A DNA stretch of 64,000 nucleotides from Candidatus Omnitrophota bacterium (GTDB lineage: Bacteria > Omnitrophota > Gorgyraeia > Gygaellales > Profunditerraquicolaceae): assembly GCA_049517335.1 (NCBI GenBank), contig JBEKSD010000001.1, positions 92,776-156,775 on the forward strand, read 5' to 3'. The notes beneath the pieces were generated by a model. The model worked only from the letters and a program-made list of their open reading frames with translations, made no database searches and was not told where the DNA came from. Numbering within the stretch: position 1 is the first letter of the stretch; each line of letters opens with the position of its first letter. The position numbers and the translations under genes were made by a program. Positions 50,021 to 59,333 of this stretch are shown one piece after another.

Positions 50021-51709
50021 ATGCAAAACCACAAAATCTTAAAAGTTGCAATTCCACACCCCCATATCCAGAATGCTTTTCATAAAGAGCTTGGTATTTC
50101 CAAGGTACTTGCTCAGGTTTTGGCCAACCGCGGCGTAACTAATATTAAGGAAGCGGAAAAATTCCTGAATGTAAAACTGGAGCATCTGCTCAACCCGAAT
50201 TTGTTTTCCGATATGCCCAAGGCGGTAGGCCTGATAAAAAAAGCAGCACAGGCAAAAGAGAGGGTAATGGTATTTGGCGATTATGACGCCGACGGCATTA
50301 CTGCTTTAGCCCTCCTTAAGGGCACACTTCAAAAATTGGGCATAGATGTGCTTCATTATCTACCCAACCGCCTTACTCAGGGTTACGGCTTAACTAAAGG
50401 TATAGCCGAATTTTTAAAGAAGAACAGCGTAAAGTTACTGATTACGGTTGATTGCGGCATAACCAACTACAAAGAGATAGAAGAATTGAGGCGCAACAAT
50501 ATAGAAGTAATCGTCACCGACCATCATGAGCCTCAAGCGGATATTATGCCCCCAGCCTCCTGCATTATTAACCCAAAGGTTAAAAACTCGGGTTATAAAT
50601 TCCGCGAGCTCGCCGGCGTAGGTGTAGCTTACAAATTATGCCAGGCGTTGACCGGCTCAACCTTAAGCGAAGAACTGGACCTGGTTTCTTTGGGTACAAT
50701 CGCGGATAGTGTACCTCTTATGGGGGAGAACCGGGTCATAGCAAAGGAGGGCTTGAGTTATCTGCCTAATACCCGGAAAGCAGGATTACAGGTTTTAATG
50801 GATAATGCCGGTATAAGAAATAAAAAATTTACTTCCACTTTCGTAAGTTTTATTCTAGCACCGCGCATTAATGCCTGCGGCCGTATGGATACAGCTGAAG
50901 TATCATTATCGCTTTTAATGAGCGAAAATACCGAAGAGGCTATTGGTTTGGCAAAGATAGTTGAGTCGCACAACCGCCAGCGCCAGAAGATAGAAGGTAA
51001 AATATTACAGGAGGCAGAGGATTTAATCAACAAGGAAGTCAACTTCAAGGAGCATAAGGTTATTGTTATTGCCAAAGAAGACTGGCACCACGGCGTCCTT
51101 GGAATTGTGGCCTCAAAAATAGCCGACAGGTTTTACCGGCCGGCTATCGTCATTTCATTGAGCGATAATATCTGCAAAGGCTCGGGACGTTCGATTAAGA
51201 ATTTTCATTTATTTGAAGCTCTCCTTGAATGCAAGGACCTGCTGGATTCATTCGGGGGCCATGCCCATGCCGTAGGGCTTGTCATTACCCGTGACAGCAT
51301 TAATGATTTTCGCCGTAATATCAACCGCCTGGCGCATGAGAAATTATCAATTGAAGATTTACTTCCGGGTTTAGATATTGATATGGAATTGCCTCTTGAG
51401 CAGGTAAGCGAGGATCTGGCAAGGGAACTTGAAAGTTTAGAGCCGTATGGCGCAGGTAACCCTGAACCTCTATTTTATACGCGGGGATTAAAATTAAAGG
51501 GTGAGCCGCAGGTATTAAGCCGTGAGACCTTGAAGTTTTGGGTTAGCGACGGCATGTTTACTATTCAGGCCATTGGTTTCGGGATGAGCAGCTTTAACGA
51601 AAGCTTAAAGAATGCATCTTCCCTGGATCTGGTTTATACTCCGAAAATAGACAATTGGCGCGATGAGCCAAGTCTTATTCTGGAAGCGCGGAACATATTT
51701 TTTAAATGA
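50021..51709 (+). CDS. recJ: single-stranded-DNA-specific exonuclease RecJ
   Basis: DHH motifs (VFGDYDADG, ITVDCG, VTDHH) and the DHHA1 domain. Confidence 0.9.
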   Translation: MQNHKILKVAIPHPHIQNAFHKELGISKVLAQVLANRGVTNIKEAEKFLNVKLEHLLNPNLFSDMPKAVGLIKKAAQAKERVMVFGDYDADGITALALLKGTLQKLGIDVLHYLPNRLTQGYGLTKGIAEFLKKNSVKLLITVDCGITNYKEIEELRRNNIEVIVTDHHEPQADIMPPASCIINPKVKNSGYKFRELAGVGVAYKLCQALTGSTLSEELDLVSLGTIADSVPLMGENRVIAKEGLSYLPNTRKAGLQVLMDNAGIRNKKFTSTFVSFILAPRINACGRMDTAEVSLSLLMSENTEEAIGLAKIVESHNRQRQKIEGKILQEAEDLINKEVNFKEHKVIVIAKEDWHHGVLGIVASKIADRFYRPAIVISLSDNICKGSGRSIKNFHLFEALLECKDLLDSFGGHAHAVGLVITRDSINDFRRNINRLAHEKLSIEDLLPGLDIDMELPLEQVSEDLARELESLEPYGAGNPEPLFYTRGLKLKGEPQVLSRETLKFWVSDGMFTIQAIGFGMSSFNESLKNASSLDLVYTPKIDNWRDEPSLILEARNIFFK

Positions 51710-51731
51710 ATGAGGACATCCGCCCTAAAGC

Positions 51732-51962
51732 TTATTTAGCTTTTAGGAAATCGCCTTTTTTGATGCATTTGGTGCAGACGTAAACCTGTTTAGGGTGGCC
51801 ATTAACCATGATACGCATTTTTTGCAGGTTAGGCAGAAATTTACGCATTGTCCAGCGGGTAATCTTGGAGCCGGTACCGCCTTTAGCCTTATATTGGCCT
51901 TTACGGGAAACAGATTTTCCGGTAAGTTCGCCCTTACCACAAAGTATACATTTTTTAAACAT
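51732..51962 (-). CDS. rpmB: 50S ribosomal protein L28
   Basis: CxxC..KFLPNLQ..CTKC pattern typical of L28. It is the only minus-strand gene in the window. Confidence 0.8.
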   Translation of the reverse strand: MFKKCILCGKGELTGKSVSRKGQYKAKGGTGSKITRWTMRKFLPNLQKMRIMVNGHPKQVYVCTKCIKKGDFLKAK

Positions 51963-52036
51963 GTTCTTTACTCCTGTTTGTTAGAGCAGCTTTGTGTAAT
52001 GGGGGATAATTTAACATAAAAAGGCTGCCGGGTCAA

Positions 52037-54952
52037 GTGCTTATGAATAAAGTTTTGGAAGGTTTAAATAACGAGCAGGTTAAGGCAGTAACCCATAAAG
52101 AGGGACCGCTTCTTATAATCGCCGGCGCAGGTACAGGTAAAACCTCGGTTATTACCCGTAGGATTTCTTGGCTTATTTCAGAAGGGTTTGCCAAGACTGA
52201 GGAAATTTTAGCGCTTACCTTTACGGATAAAGCCGCGAAAGAGATGCAGGAGCGAGTGGATATCCTGCTTCCTTATGGTTATACGGATATATGGATTTCT
52301 ACGTTTCACGCTTTCGGAGACAGGCTACTGCGTGAAAACGCGCTGCTTTACGGATTAAGTCCCGATTTTAAGATTTTGACCCAGTCGGAAGCCGCGGTTT
52401 TTTTCCGCGAGCATTTGTTTGAATTCAATTTATCATACTTTCGGCCCCTCTCTGAACCTACCCGTTTCATTGAAGCCCTTATTTCATTTTTCAGTCGCGC
52501 CAAAGATGAAGATATCTCACCAAAAGATTATCTGAAATATGCTCAGGATTTTATGATTCAGGCGAAGAATAATTCAGGCGATGCGGCTTTGCAGGAAGAA
52601 GCAGAGCTTCAGATGGAGGTAGCCCTGGCTTACCTAAAATATCAGGAACTTTTAACAAAAGAGGGGTTGTTAGATTTTGGAAACCAGTTTTATCTTGCTT
52701 TACAGCTTTTGCGCGAGCACCCGATGGCATTAAAGAGATACCAGGATCAGTTTAAATATATCTTAGTTGATGAATTTCAGGATACTAATTTTGCGCAGTA
52801 TCAATTGGCGCGCCTGCTTGCCGGGGGCTACAATAATATAACCGTGACAGGGGATGATGATCAGTGTATTTACCGTTTCCGCGGAGCGGCTTATTCCAAC
52901 CTTTTAAGTTTTATGCAGGATTTTCCCAAAGCGTCCAAGGTGAGCTTAATCCAGAACTACCGCTCAACTCAAAGTATCCTTGATTCAGCTTACCGCTTAA
53001 TTCAGCAGAATAATCCGGAGCGTTTTGAGGCCAAGGCTGGCATAGACAAGCGTCTGATTAGCATCTTTAAAGAAGGAAAAACGCCGGAGCATTTACATTT
53101 TGATACGCGCTCCACCGAAGCGGATAATGTCGCCCGTATAATTAAGGAAAAAGTATCAGTGGCAAAATATAAATTCCGTGATTTCGCTATCCTCGTGCGT
53201 TCTAATTCAGACGCGGATAGTTTCCTGCAAGCATTGAACATACAGGATATCCCTTGGCAGTTTAGTGGCAATCAAGGTCTGTACGCAAGGGAAGAGGTGA
53301 AGCTTTGCATAAATTTCCTGCGCGTTATCGCTAACCCTTCCGATTCATTGAGCCTTTATTATTTGGCAAGCTCTGAGGTCTATCCGATTGAGCTTTCGGA
53401 TCTTGTTATTTGTAATCATTATGCCCGCCGCCGCAATAAAACTTTATATGCGGTACTAAGGGAGCTGCAAACTATTCCTGATTTATCCGGCGTATGTGAG
53501 GAATCAAAAAAGAAAATAGAGGGACTCATCGGTGATATTGATAAATACCTTAAAATCGCCCGCGAAGAGACGACAGGACGGCTGCTTTATTCATTTTTGA
53601 CCGAATCTAGTTATTTAAAGAAGCTGACCAAAGAACAAACTTTGGAGAGTGAAAGCAAGATTCTGAATCTTGCTAAGTTTTTTAACCATGTGCGCGATTT
53701 TGAGCTGGTGGCAAAAGAAGACAGGGTATTCTGTTTTGTGAATTACCTCAATCTCCTGATTGAAGCCGGAGATGATCCTCCTACGGTAGAAGCTGATTTG
53801 GATTCTGACGCGGTTAATGTGCTCACGATACATAAGGCTAAAGGTCTTGAATTCAGGGTAGTATTCATGGTCAGCCTTGTTCAGGGTCGCTTTCCTTGGC
53901 CGCGCAGGGCGCAGTCAATTGAACTGCCTAATTCCTTAATCAAGGAAGTCTTGCCTATGGGTGATTTCCATATTCAAGAAGAAAGACGCCTGTTTTACGT
54001 GGGTATGACGCGTGCAAAAGAAGAGCTCTATCTAACCAGTGCCGAAGATTACGGCGGAAAGCGCCTGAAGCGGATAAGCCAGTTTGTTTTTGAGGCCTTG
54101 GGAACAGAGAATAAAGAAAAAGAAAAAAAGAAAGCAAGCGCGCTTGAAGCGATAGAGCGGTTTGCCTTTAAGAAAGAACCGGTAAAATCAAATCTTAAAT
54201 CCGCATCCGTAGATAAACCGCTTTCATTAAGTTATTACCAGATTGATGATTATCTTACCTGTCCCCTAAAATACAAATATGTAAATATTCTGCGCGTGCC
54301 CATTACGGAGCACCATACGGTAATTTACGGACGGGCAATGCATGATGCGGTGAGTAGTTATTTCCAGTATAAAATGGCGGGTCGAGAAATTACCGTTGCC
54401 GGGCTATTGGGATTATTTAGAGAGAGTTTTGACCCTCAGGGGTTTCTGGATTTGAAGCATCAGGAGGAACGGCTCAGGGTGGGCGAGCAGGCATTAATCC
54501 GTTTTTTTAACGATGAAAAAGTGCGTAACGCTAAGCCGAAATTCATTGAAAAGGAATTTTCTTTTCACCTTGGAGAGATAAAGATCTCGGGAAGGTTTGA
54601 CCGGGTGGATGAGGATAAAGAAGGAGTAGTTATTATTGACTTTAAGACCTCGGATATTAAAACCCAGAAGGACGCGGATAAACGGTTTAAAGAAAATAAG
54701 CAGCTTATCCTTTACTCGCTTGCTTATAGAAATATATTCAGTTTACTGCCTGCGAAAGTTGAGCTTTTTTTCCTTGAATCGGGCCTGACTGCCGGCAGGG
54801 GGGTAGCAGAAGAAGATTTTGCAGCGGTAATTGAAGAAATTGAAGCAGTTGCTTCGGGCATACGGAGTGAAAATTTCAGAGCTACTCCCTCCTATAACAA
54901 TTGCAATTATTGCGCTTATAACCAGATCTGTCCTTTTGTGTTGGTGAGGTAG
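52037..54952 (+). CDS. UvrD/PcrA-family helicase fused to a C-terminal Cas4/RecB-like Fe-S PD-(D/E)XK nuclease
   Basis: Walker A AGAGTGKTS and helicase motifs through about residue 650. The C-terminal roughly 250 aa carry the four-Cys pattern CPLKY..CNYCAYNQIC, plus acidic/Lys nuclease motifs (IIDFKTSD). Confidence 0.8.
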   Translation: MLMNKVLEGLNNEQVKAVTHKEGPLLIIAGAGTGKTSVITRRISWLISEGFAKTEEILALTFTDKAAKEMQERVDILLPYGYTDIWISTFHAFGDRLLRENALLYGLSPDFKILTQSEAAVFFREHLFEFNLSYFRPLSEPTRFIEALISFFSRAKDEDISPKDYLKYAQDFMIQAKNNSGDAALQEEAELQMEVALAYLKYQELLTKEGLLDFGNQFYLALQLLREHPMALKRYQDQFKYILVDEFQDTNFAQYQLARLLAGGYNNITVTGDDDQCIYRFRGAAYSNLLSFMQDFPKASKVSLIQNYRSTQSILDSAYRLIQQNNPERFEAKAGIDKRLISIFKEGKTPEHLHFDTRSTEADNVARIIKEKVSVAKYKFRDFAILVRSNSDADSFLQALNIQDIPWQFSGNQGLYAREEVKLCINFLRVIANPSDSLSLYYLASSEVYPIELSDLVICNHYARRRNKTLYAVLRELQTIPDLSGVCEESKKKIEGLIGDIDKYLKIAREETTGRLLYSFLTESSYLKKLTKEQTLESESKILNLAKFFNHVRDFELVAKEDRVFCFVNYLNLLIEAGDDPPTVEADLDSDAVNVLTIHKAKGLEFRVVFMVSLVQGRFPWPRRAQSIELPNSLIKEVLPMGDFHIQEERRLFYVGMTRAKEELYLTSAEDYGGKRLKRISQFVFEALGTENKEKEKKKASALEAIERFAFKKEPVKSNLKSASVDKPLSLSYYQIDDYLTCPLKYKYVNILRVPITEHHTVIYGRAMHDAVSSYFQYKMAGREITVAGLLGLFRESFDPQGFLDLKHQEERLRVGEQALIRFFNDEKVRNAKPKFIEKEFSFHLGEIKISGRFDRVDEDKEGVVIIDFKTSDIKTQKDADKRFKENKQLILYSLAYRNIFSLLPAKVELFFLESGLTAGRGVAEEDFAAVIEEIEAVASGIRSENFRATPSYNNCNYCAYNQICPFVLVR

Positions 54953-54954
54953 TT

Positions 54955-55128
54955 ATGGAAGCAAAGATTGGGCATTTGAAGGTGTCTATATTTAAGATAA
55001 AAAACCGCTGCGGTTATGCTACGGTGTGTTTTGACCATCTTACCGAAGGAGAAACTCCTCAGGTTGCATACGAGCGTATGGTCAAGGCGCTGCGCAGGAC
55101 AAACAAAGAAGAAACGGGTAAAAAATGA
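54955..55128 (+). CDS. unannotated 57-aa ORF coupled between the helicase-nuclease and the deaminase
   Basis: ATG at 54955 lies 3 nt after the helicase TAG, with GGTGAGG as RBS. It translates to MEAKIGHLKVSIFKIKNRCGYATVCFDHLTEGETPQVAYERMVKALRRTNKEETGKK. Its TGA stop (55126-28) overlaps the deaminase ATG (55125) as ATGA. It falls below the track's 60-aa cutoff. Confidence 0.45.
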   Translation: MEAKIGHLKVSIFKIKNRCGYATVCFDHLTEGETPQVAYERMVKALRRTNKEETGKK

Positions 55129-55595
55129 TGCAGAAAAAATATATGTGCCTTGCTATAAAAGAAGCAGAGCTCAACTTAAAAAATATAGACGGAGGGCCTT
55201 TCGGCGCCTGCATTGTAAAGGGGAATAAAATTTTGGCTGTCGCCCGCAGCACCGTATTAAAAAATGACGCCACCTCGCACGCTGAAATTAACGCGATACG
55301 CAAGGCTTCTAAAAAGATAAGGAATTTTGATTTAAGCGGCGCGGTACTATATTCAACGACTGAGCCCTGCCCCATGTGTTTTAGCGCTACTCACTGGGCG
55401 CGTATCTCAACCATTGTTTATGGGACAAATATATCCGATGCCAAAAGAATCGGCTTTAACGAACTCAAAATCAGTAATTTCAAGATTAAGCGTATGGGAA
55501 AGAGTAAGATTAAGATAGTTAAGGGTTTTATGCTCAAGGAGTGCCGGAAACTCTTTGAGGACTGGGGCTCACTGGAGAATAAAAGGCTCTATTAA
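55125..55595 (+). CDS. CDA-family nucleoside/nucleotide deaminase (guanine deaminase GuaD / TadA-like)
   Basis: GGPFGACIVKGN, HAEINAI, PCPMC zinc-binding motifs, at about 156 aa length. Confidence 0.7.
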   Translation: MMQKKYMCLAIKEAELNLKNIDGGPFGACIVKGNKILAVARSTVLKNDATSHAEINAIRKASKKIRNFDLSGAVLYSTTEPCPMCFSATHWARISTIVYGTNISDAKRIGFNELKISNFKIKRMGKSKIKIVKGFMLKECRKLFEDWGSLENKRLY

Positions 55596-55599
55596 AAAA

Positions 55600-56679
55600 A
55601 TGGTAAAATCTATGCAAAGAATAATGAAAATTCTGATATGGTTTCTGGCGTTGTTTATCCTTATTTTTATCATCGCCACCGTGATTATCGCGCTTTACGG
55701 TAAGAAAATAGTTGAAATTCAGATTGAAAAGAATTTGAAGATGGAAACGCATCTGGACAGTATGTCTTTAAATTTTCCCTTTACAGTTAATTTGAATAAT
55801 TTAGAGGTGGGGAAACTTTTTAAGGCGGATAAGATTTCAATTTCTCCGAATATATTCAGTTTATTTCCCAAAAAACTGGTTTTAGGCACAGTCGTATTGG
55901 TCAGGCCGCTCGTCAGCCTCGAGCAGGCTGAGGACGGTTCTTTGAATATCCCTAAATTTGAGCAGAAGGGCGCACGGCCGCCGGTACTCATAACCGGGTT
56001 AGTTATTAAGGGGGGCAGGTTTATTTTTATTGACCACAAGGTCAGGAAAGAAGGGTTTAAAGTACTGTTAAATAATATTAATGCTAGCATTTCAAAAGTT
56101 ACCTTCCCTTTAAACTCACTAAGCGTAAATTTTAGATTGTCGGTAGATATTATGGACAGTGATTACAAAATAATAGGAAGCGCTGTTTCCGGTGGTCATA
56201 TTGATTTTACGCGTAAGAATATGGATGTGAATATGAAGATTAAGGATCTGGATATAACCTATTTTTCTTCTTATTACGGGACTTTCATATCAAAGAGAAA
56301 ACTCTTATCCGCGAAGCTTAATTTTAATTCCAAACTAGAGGCAGAAAATAATGATTTGAATATTAATTCCAAGCTTAGGCTTTCAAACCTTATATATGCC
56401 GAAACCGCTCAAGTAGAGGGAGAGCTGCCTGAACTTAACCTGGCAAAGGATGCGCTAGATCTTTTTACGGATGAAAACGGCAATCTAGACCTTGAATTTG
56501 AAATTAAGACAAAATTGGATAATCCGTCCTTAAGTGTGGAGCAATTGAAGAAAGTAATACTTAAAGCCGCCGCTAAGAACTTAATGAGCTCTAATCCCGT
56601 AACGCTAATTGAAAAGATACAGCAAAAACTTGACCAATATAAAGGACTCGGTGAGCAGTTCAAGAAGATATTTAGATAA
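55600..56679 (+). CDS. hypothetical membrane-anchored protein (AsmA-like / DUF748-like)
   Basis: A single N-terminal TM (ILIWFLALFILIFIIATVIIALY) then a long beta-rich periplasmic-looking region. The ATG at 55600 follows the deaminase stop. Confidence 0.45.
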   Translation: MVKSMQRIMKILIWFLALFILIFIIATVIIALYGKKIVEIQIEKNLKMETHLDSMSLNFPFTVNLNNLEVGKLFKADKISISPNIFSLFPKKLVLGTVVLVRPLVSLEQAEDGSLNIPKFEQKGARPPVLITGLVIKGGRFIFIDHKVRKEGFKVLLNNINASISKVTFPLNSLSVNFRLSVDIMDSDYKIIGSAVSGGHIDFTRKNMDVNMKIKDLDITYFSSYYGTFISKRKLLSAKLNFNSKLEAENNDLNINSKLRLSNLIYAETAQVEGELPELNLAKDALDLFTDENGNLDLEFEIKTKLDNPSLSVEQLKKVILKAAAKNLMSSNPVTLIEKIQQKLDQYKGLGEQFKKIFR

Positions 56680-56747
56680 GGAAAACTTAAAGAAAGTTTG
56701 GTTCTTAGGGTGTATTTAAGTTTAGGTATTAAAAGTAAAAATTTATT

Positions 56748-56774
56748 TTGACAAAACTGTAGTTCGTGTATAAT
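56748..56774 (+). promoter_or_regulatory. sigma70-like promoter, TTGACA-15nt-TATAAT, almost abutting the start codon
   Basis: TTGACA at 56748-53 and TATAAT at 56769-74. The ATG of the decarboxylase is at 56784, so the transcript would be leaderless or nearly so. Confidence 0.4.
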
Positions 56775-56783
56775 AAATACGAT

Positions 56784-57227
56784 ATGGCAGTCAACAGAAT
56801 ACTACAGATTGAACCTGAAGCGCTGAAGAAGCCGGAATCTATCAAGAAAAACGCGCGGATATTCGGTTACGAGTTATTGCTTGATCTTTATGATTGTAAG
56901 CCGGGGGTTTGCGACGACTTGGCGCTTTGCTACAGGTTTTTGGATGAATTCGTGGATTACCTGGGGATGGAGAAGCAGTCTCCCCCGAGCATATTTTTTA
57001 CGGATGCCAAGCGTTTCCCGGACAAAGCAGGGCTTTCCGGCTGGGCCCCTCTGGTTGAAAGCTCCATTGTGATACATACTTTAAGCGTAACGAATTTTAT
57101 TTCCATAGATGTTTATTGCTGTAAAGAATTTGATACCAGTAAAGCCAAATTATTCGTGCAAAAGTTTTTCTCGCCCAAGCGCATGGATGAGCAGTTCCTT
57201 CTGCGCGGAGTTGATTACTATAAATAA
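56784..57227 (+). CDS. speH: pyruvoyl-dependent S-adenosylmethionine decarboxylase family proenzyme (SpeH-like)
   Basis: GYELLLDLYDC N-terminal motif, the VESSIVIHT processing-site region, and ISIDVYCC. The track's 56766 GTG start lies inside the -10 box. Confidence 0.7.
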   Translation: MAVNRILQIEPEALKKPESIKKNARIFGYELLLDLYDCKPGVCDDLALCYRFLDEFVDYLGMEKQSPPSIFFTDAKRFPDKAGLSGWAPLVESSIVIHTLSVTNFISIDVYCCKEFDTSKAKLFVQKFFSPKRMDEQFLLRGVDYYK

Positions 57228-57235
57228 ATCCCCAT

Positions 57236-57598
57236 ATGAAAAAAATTGATTGTAACAAATGCTCACAGATGAGCCATTGCTGCCAGACAGGTTCTTGGGC
57301 CGACCTTGAAGAAGCTAAAAAAATCCTGGAGCTGGGCCTTAAGGGGGAGTTTTATCATTTGGAAAAAGACCCTGATTTTCCTTCTGGCTATAGAATCGGC
57401 ACCTGTATCGGATGCAGCCCTTGTACATTCTTGACCCCGGACGGGCTTTGTTCCATTCATATAGTTGATTATAATTTAAAGCCCGCAATGTGCAAGGAGT
57501 TCCCCTATGAAAAGGGTAAGCTTGCGCCTTTTGTTAATGAGTTATGCATAATGCATAAGAAGGATAAGAAAAAGAAGAGTAAAAAAACTTCTAGGTAA
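57236..57598 (+). CDS. YkgJ/UPF0153-family Cys-rich (putative Zn/Fe-chelating) protein
   Basis: CNKCSQMSHCCQ start and a second Cys cluster GTCIGCSPC..GLCSIH. Confidence 0.6.
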   Translation: MKKIDCNKCSQMSHCCQTGSWADLEEAKKILELGLKGEFYHLEKDPDFPSGYRIGTCIGCSPCTFLTPDGLCSIHIVDYNLKPAMCKEFPYEKGKLAPFVNELCIMHKKDKKKKSKKTSR

Positions 57599-57630
57599 TC
57601 CTTTCGTTTCTCAGTAAATATCCATTCTTA

Positions 57631-57726
57631 AATTGTAATTGGTAAATGGTAAGCGGTAAATAGTAATTCAGGAAGTAATTACGGATGATTTAAAATTACC
57701 AATTACGAATTACCAGTTACTTTTTT
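57631..57726 (+). terminator. long repeat-rich dyad followed by T6 (probable terminator / structured element)
   Basis: AATTGTAATTGGTAA (57631-45) pairs with TTACCAATTACGAATT (57696-712). The arms are built from GGTAA/TTACC units. TTTTTT is at 57721-26. Confidence 0.4.
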
Positions 57727-57746
57727 ACAATTATTCAGGAGGCAGT

Positions 57747-58697
57747 ATGTTTAGAGAGAAAATAAAAGTTTTGGATTGCACTATCCGTGACGGGGGCCTG
57801 ATCAATAACCATGATTTTGATTTTAAGTTTGTGAAGGCGGTTTACGCGGCACTTTCCGCAGCAGGCATAGATTATATGGAAATAGGCTATAAGAATTCCA
57901 AAAGGTTGTTTTCTCCCAAGGACTTCGGTATCTGGAAATTCTGCGACGACGAGGATATCAGGAAAGTAACGGAAGGGATAAAGTCAGGTACTAAAATATC
58001 CGTAATGGTGGACGTAGATAGGGTTGACATTGAAGACATCAAGCCGCGGAAATTAAGTCCCGTATCCATGATCAGGGTCGCTTCATACGTTAAGGATATC
58101 GATAAGGCGATATTTTTGGCAAATCATTTTTCGGATAAGGGCTATGAAACAACGGTGAACATTATGGCTATTTCAAGGGCTTTGGACAATGAACTAAACG
58201 AATGCCTGCACCAGTTGGAAGAAGAATGTAAAGCGCAGGTTATTTACATTGTGGATAGTTTCGGCTCGCTTTACCAGGAAACAACGGAATTCCTCATCAA
58301 AAAAGCAAAGAGTATACTTAAAAGTAAGGAAGTAGGGATGCATGCGCATAACAATCAGCAGCTTGGGTTTTCCAATACCATTGAGGCAATAATCCATGAC
58401 GCTAACTATGTTGACGCGACTGTCTATGGCTTAGGCAGGGCTGCCGGGAATTGCCCCTTGGAGTTGGTTTTAGGGTTCCTTAAGAACCCTAAGTTTGATA
58501 TCCGCCCGGTTTTAGATTTGATTTCCAAAGAATTCATTCTTCTGCGTAATAAGCTTGAGTGGGGATACCTTATTCCTTATGCCATCACCGGGATGTTTGA
58601 TGAACATCCCCGCGCGGCAATAGCTTTGCGCGAAAGCGAAAATAAAGAAAATTACCGCGAATTTTATGAGAGTTTAGCCGGAGGGGATGAGGAATAA
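57747..58697 (+). CDS. HMGL-like (DRE-TIM metallolyase) aldolase, 4-hydroxy-2-oxovalerate-aldolase-like
   Basis: The VLDCTIRDGG substrate-site motif at the N-terminus is typical of pyruvate carboxyltransferase-fold enzymes. Length is about 316 aa. Confidence 0.55.
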   Translation: MFREKIKVLDCTIRDGGLINNHDFDFKFVKAVYAALSAAGIDYMEIGYKNSKRLFSPKDFGIWKFCDDEDIRKVTEGIKSGTKISVMVDVDRVDIEDIKPRKLSPVSMIRVASYVKDIDKAIFLANHFSDKGYETTVNIMAISRALDNELNECLHQLEEECKAQVIYIVDSFGSLYQETTEFLIKKAKSILKSKEVGMHAHNNQQLGFSNTIEAIIHDANYVDATVYGLGRAAGNCPLELVLGFLKNPKFDIRPVLDLISKEFILLRNKLEWGYLIPYAITGMFDEHPRAAIALRESENKENYREFYESLAGGDEE

Positions 58698-59327
58698 ATG
58701 AATGTAGCTGATTTTAAAAAACTGCCTATTTTAGGTATTTTACGCGGTATTGAATTACCCTCAGTTGAACCTCTCGTAGAAACCATTATTTCCAGCGGCT
58801 TAAAAACCATTGAAATTACCATGAATACGGTTGATGCGCCGGAGTTAATCAGGAAAACAGTTAGCGTTGCAGCAGGCCGCCTGACTATCGGAGCAGGGAC
58901 GGTGCTTAATTTGAAGGATTTAGAGAAGGCGCTTTCCTCCGGCGCCAGTTTTATTGTTTCGCCGGTTTTAGTGGATAGCGTTATGGAATATTGCGTAAAG
59001 AATAGAGTGCCGGTTTTCCCCGGAGCGCTTACTCCTTCGGAAATATACAAGGCTTGGCTTGCGGGCGCCACTATGGTAAAGGTCTTTCCGGCAAAGTTTT
59101 TCGGTCCTGATTATTTCAGGGAAATTAAAGGCCCTTTTTCCGATATTGAACTTTTAGTCTGTGCCGGTGTGACTGCGCAAAATATGCACGAGTACTTATC
59201 AACCGGCGCTTCGGCTATTACTTTCGGCGCGAGCGTCTTTAAGAAGGAATGGCTGCAAAATAAGGATTACGAAAAGATAGGTGGTGCAATTAGGGAATTT
59301 GTCCGGAAATTCAAAGGGGGAAGATGA
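58698..59327 (+). CDS. KDPG/KHG (Eda-family) aldolase
   Basis: LPILGILRGI, TIEITMNT, GAGTVL, and the KVFPA Schiff-base lysine region. Confidence 0.7.
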   Translation: MNVADFKKLPILGILRGIELPSVEPLVETIISSGLKTIEITMNTVDAPELIRKTVSVAAGRLTIGAGTVLNLKDLEKALSSGASFIVSPVLVDSVMEYCVKNRVPVFPGALTPSEIYKAWLAGATMVKVFPAKFFGPDYFREIKGPFSDIELLVCAGVTAQNMHEYLSTGASAITFGASVFKKEWLQNKDYEKIGGAIREFVRKFKGGR

Positions 59328-59333
59328 AATAAA

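Noticed and set aside
55016-55228. 70-aa ORF from the track (MLRCVLTILPKEKLL...)
   Set aside because: It is out of frame with, and overlaps by 100 nt, the well-supported deaminase gene. Its composition is Arg/Lys-rich from reading an A-rich sequence off-frame. The 54955..55128 frame, with its RBS and ATGA coupling, explains the gap better.
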